Source: Amphiscolops sp. MND2022 (Eukaryota). Taken from it: DNA of 64,000 nt. The stretch spans positions 8,928,001 through 8,992,000 of the forward strand of contig OZ076415.1 of the NCBI GenBank assembly GCA_964187785.1, written 5' to 3'. The position numbers were made by a program, and so were the translations under genes. Positions 60,501 through 64,000 of the stretch are shown one piece after another. Below the pieces are notes generated by a model. It did no database searches, was not told the DNA's origin, and saw only the letters and a program-made list of their open reading frames with translations. The first letter of the stretch is position 1, and each line of letters begins with the position of its first letter.

Positions 60501-63500
60501 CCAATATCATCCACATTTTGCGCGCACTGCTCGGTTTTGATCACTTTGTCTAGATATTCTCTCATGAAGTTTGAAAGTGTCGATAGCGCTCTACTCAGTC
60601 CTTGCATTAGTCGTTTGAATGCAAAGTGGAAAGCTGGCATTTCTTTCGATCTTTGATCTGCCATTTGCAGGCAATGGTATGCCTGTGAGCAATCTACTTT
60701 GCTGAAGAGTTTTTTACGAGCTAGGTGTTGAGCTGCATCTGACAGGGTGCTAACTCGATGATTAATATTGATGTAGTCATCTGAAATAATCGCCTTGATT
60801 TTTCGCAGGTCGACGAGTAGACGCAACTTGCCATTTAGTTTGCGTTTTGCAAAAATTGGTCTTGCATATTTTGAAAATGGTGGTTGTTATCATGCCATAT
60901 CGATGCATCAACGTCAATTCTACCGTTAGGTCTTCTCTCAAGGTAATTGATACCGGGATTATACCGATGTCGAGTCGGTGACGCGCAAAGGTGTCATTAT
61001 AATAGACTATTGCTTGTTCCAATTGTTTCTTATCATCTCCTTCAATCCGTGATCTTCCTATTGGAACATATCAAGGAATTCTTTTTTTGACTCCGCGTCT
61101 TTTGTGAGATCTAACTGCTCTTTCTTGATAAGCTCACGGATTTCTTTTAGTATTCGTCATTGTATGGGCGGGTTTTCTTCTTCGTTCCCTGGGTTTTCTG
61201 GTGCGAGGAACCAGAGATTTTTGTCGTTTCGTTCGCTTTCATTGGATTTCATTGACGTACATCTGAGTAACGTTGGGGTCTTGCAGTAGTTTTAAAGCAA
61301 TGGCTTCAATGGGTAGGCGTTGTTTTGTGTCTTCTGGTTTGAGGATTTGGAGTTCTGCTACTTTTGTGAAATTTTTGATGGTGTGTGGGAAGTCGGTTAG
61401 GTTGGCTATTTTGATGTTGATTCGTTTGTTACGTGAGCTTGCCAACGCTGGAGCGACGAAAATAGTGGCTGTTTCATCCAAATGTGGTCGTGGCTGTATC
61501 GCTCCATTTTGACTCCTCTCAGTTAGTGCTTGGAGTGGTTTTGGATTGCAGTTCTTCATGTCATCTGTCATTGCCAACGCCATTTCGAGGTGGGGAAAAT
61601 GATGGTCCCGTTTGCCGTGTCTATGGGGAACGACGTTTTTGAGACTATGACGAAAGTCATATCCGTAAAAGTGTAAGTTCTGATATTGAATTGGATGTCA
61701 GCTGTGGCAATGGGTTGTTCCAGTTGGGCATTTGCGCATTCAATTGTGAAAGGTGGTTGAGGGTCTTCTTTGGTGACGCAACTGTCGCTGTTCATCTTGA
61801 TTTTGTTGTAGTCTGACAAGGACATTGCGCTGACGAACGCTCCTGAGTTGACGAGTCCGTCCATGGTTATTTCGCCAAATTCAAGTGGTAAGTAAAGTAT
61901 TTTCCGCCGTTTTTTGGGTGGAATTGTGGATTGTAGGGTTATGTATGTATCTCCATCCTTTTCAGCTATGCACTCTTTTATTGAGTTAAGTGAGACTGGG
62001 AAATCATCTGGGAAGGTTTTCTATTTGAGTCGTTTATATCATCCTTGGGTGGTTCGGACGTGGGTGGTTCGTTGTGAGCGTCTTCATTCTGATCTGCGAT
62101 GGCAGCAATGAGTTGCTTTTTGAAGGGAGGACTGGTCATTTAGATCTGGTCTATCTAAGGGATCACATCTGTTGTCTTTGTCAAGGGACTCTGTCAAGAC
62201 TCTTTCTTGGTTTGATTCTGGGAGTGGTCTTTTGGTTGTCATGTATTGGTCGTCTGATTCTTTGATCCATTCTGGGAATGCTTTTTGGTGTTTGTTTTTG
62301 GCTTTATGACTTTTTATTGTCGCGATTGCTTGTCGTTTTATCCAGTCCTTTGTTGGGATTCCAATGCAGTTCGTTGTTAGATGATTGCTGATTTCAGAGG
62401 GGGATCTTCTATTGAATACGTGTCTACTGTTTCGTCGAAGCGCAGGTGCGGCGTAATTAGTTTTTTGGTCCTCGACAGTTGTGGTTGTCGCTGGTTGGGC
62501 GGTGTAGTCTGTCTTTCGTTCTTATTGAAAACAACGTTTGGGTCCTGGATCGTTGGCAGCATTGGCTCCATTCGAACAATCTTCCGTTTTGTGGGGTTTG
62601 CCGCAAGTGTCGCATTTGAGCGTGTTGCCTGCACTGGAGTTAGTTTAGCCTTTGTGGTTTTGAGTTTGTTGCATTTGTCGCGTTTCATTTTTCGGCATTC
62701 GGCTTTGAAGTGGCCAAACTCATTAAAAAAGAAGCAGTACCCTTGTTTGGTGTTTTGGGTTCTATTTTCTGTCAGTTTTTTTTTCCGGCTCGGGGCTTGA
62801 TCGCTCCAATTTTGTTTAAGGGGACGAGTGTTACCTCTTCAGGTGCTCCAAGGCAGTTGAGACTCAATTCTCGCTCCAATTGGAGTACTAAAACGTTTAA
62901 AGGCTTGTCCTCGAGGTACGCCCTATTGAGTATTTTCTTGAAGTGATAGGGCATCTTAGCGTATATTGTCATATCAATGAATAGTTGGGCTACTGTTCCA
63001 AAAGCTTCTTTTGTTGGTGTTTTGAGTATACCTAGGAAATCATGGAGTTTCTTCTGTGATGAGGGATCGAATTTGAGCGCAATCCATTCGCATCTCGCCT
63101 TTGCAACTGCCAGATAATTGCCAAAACAACGTTTGAAAACCGTCATTAATTCGTCTAGTGGATTTGTTTGCGAGTCTGCTATGTTTCAAAACGCTTGGAA
63201 GGCGTCCCCAAGTAGTAGCGAGTGGAAGTGATTGATTTCTTGAAGTTCAGTGAGATGTGGGTACATCTTGATTTTATTGCAGGATAAAATTTCAAACAGT
63301 TCGTTTTTCTCGGATTTTACATCAAAAGTTGGGAGTGCTGCTGTTAGAGCGCTTGGCATAGGCAGCGTAGTGCTGTCGGTCGTTTTTGTCTGAGGCAAAA
63401 AGTGTCCTAGTCAAATTTGGGAGTTTTTTGGACGCTGGTTGGCACTGAGACCTAATTTTTGGTATTTTGGTCTGGTTATTGTAGTCGTTTAAAACTCCTG

Positions 63501-64000
63501 TTAATATGTTACGACTTATATTCGCGTCGTTGTTTAGAGTAGAACTGATCCTTACTGATCTTGTTGAAGTATAAAACTCTCTAGGTTCCTTTTCCAAGGA
63601 ATTATCTTCTTGTTCCCCGATGAATTCGTTTGGTTTGGATTTTAATAATTTTAGGATTTCCTAGAAGTTTCAGGATTCTGCTAAGAGACTTCTTATTTTT
63701 GAAGTGATTTCTTCTTTTAAAGAGACTCTGAGTCCTTCCAGTACACTATTTTCTATTCTAGGGGTTTTAGCAGAAAAGGGCCCCGCAATTGAGGCGTCTT
63801 GGTCGCTAGACTCTCCATTTTCTACCAAAATAGGGGAACTTATGATTTCACTAACGATTTCGGAGCTACCTTGCTGATTATTTCTTCTCTTCTGGCTTCT
63901 TGTAGACTTTTCGAAGACAAGATTTTGGGCTTTCAAGGTGAATTGTTTCTTGATTGTTAAATGTTTACAAAGAAATAAAGAATTCAGAGTTTACAGAAAC
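57598..64000 (-). mobile_element. Gypsy family 2, copy B: decayed gag-pro-RT-RH-IN running off the window end
   Basis: Gag LPTFDVKSEKNELFE with degenerate knuckles (CFFFNEFGHFKAEC); protease LVNSGAFVS; RT LLVDLRKI..KVDCSQAYH..NVDDIG; RH and IN fragments; many frameshifts. Confidence 0.9.

Overview
This is an AT-rich eukaryotic (animal-like) window made almost entirely of transposable elements. No rRNA, tRNA gene or CRISPR array is supported. One probable host exon (ABCG/white-type transporter) lies at about 1.4-1.7 kb. It is followed by 40-bp and 70-bp tandem arrays, the latter with a 1050-bp higher-order duplication. An intact, young Bel/Pao LTR retrotransposon (9907-17083) carries two unexpected extras between pol and the 3' LTR. 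The first is an antisense, apparently spliced gene for a JmjC-like (2OG/Fe(II) cupin) protein. The second is a duplicated 3'-UTR motif that is a perfect 23-nt reverse complement of the gag/protease junction. A decayed Gypsy element with extra 3' ORFs occupies about 21.4-28.7 kb. A second decayed minus-strand Gypsy (about 35.7-64 kb) has a 3.15-kb tandem duplication of its pol 3' half. One copy of that duplication is interrupted by an 18,755-bp retrovirus-like Gypsy element (36095-54849; 335-bp LTRs; ATTT target-site duplication). That element encodes gag-pro-pol, a chuvirus-G/gB-like class III env with two PPxY motifs in its tail, and accessory ORFs, and its leader holds four covarying three-way-junction repeats. 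The best candidate for an undescribed system is the JmjC-carrying Bel/Pao element. All protein assignments are by visual motif recognition; no searches were run.
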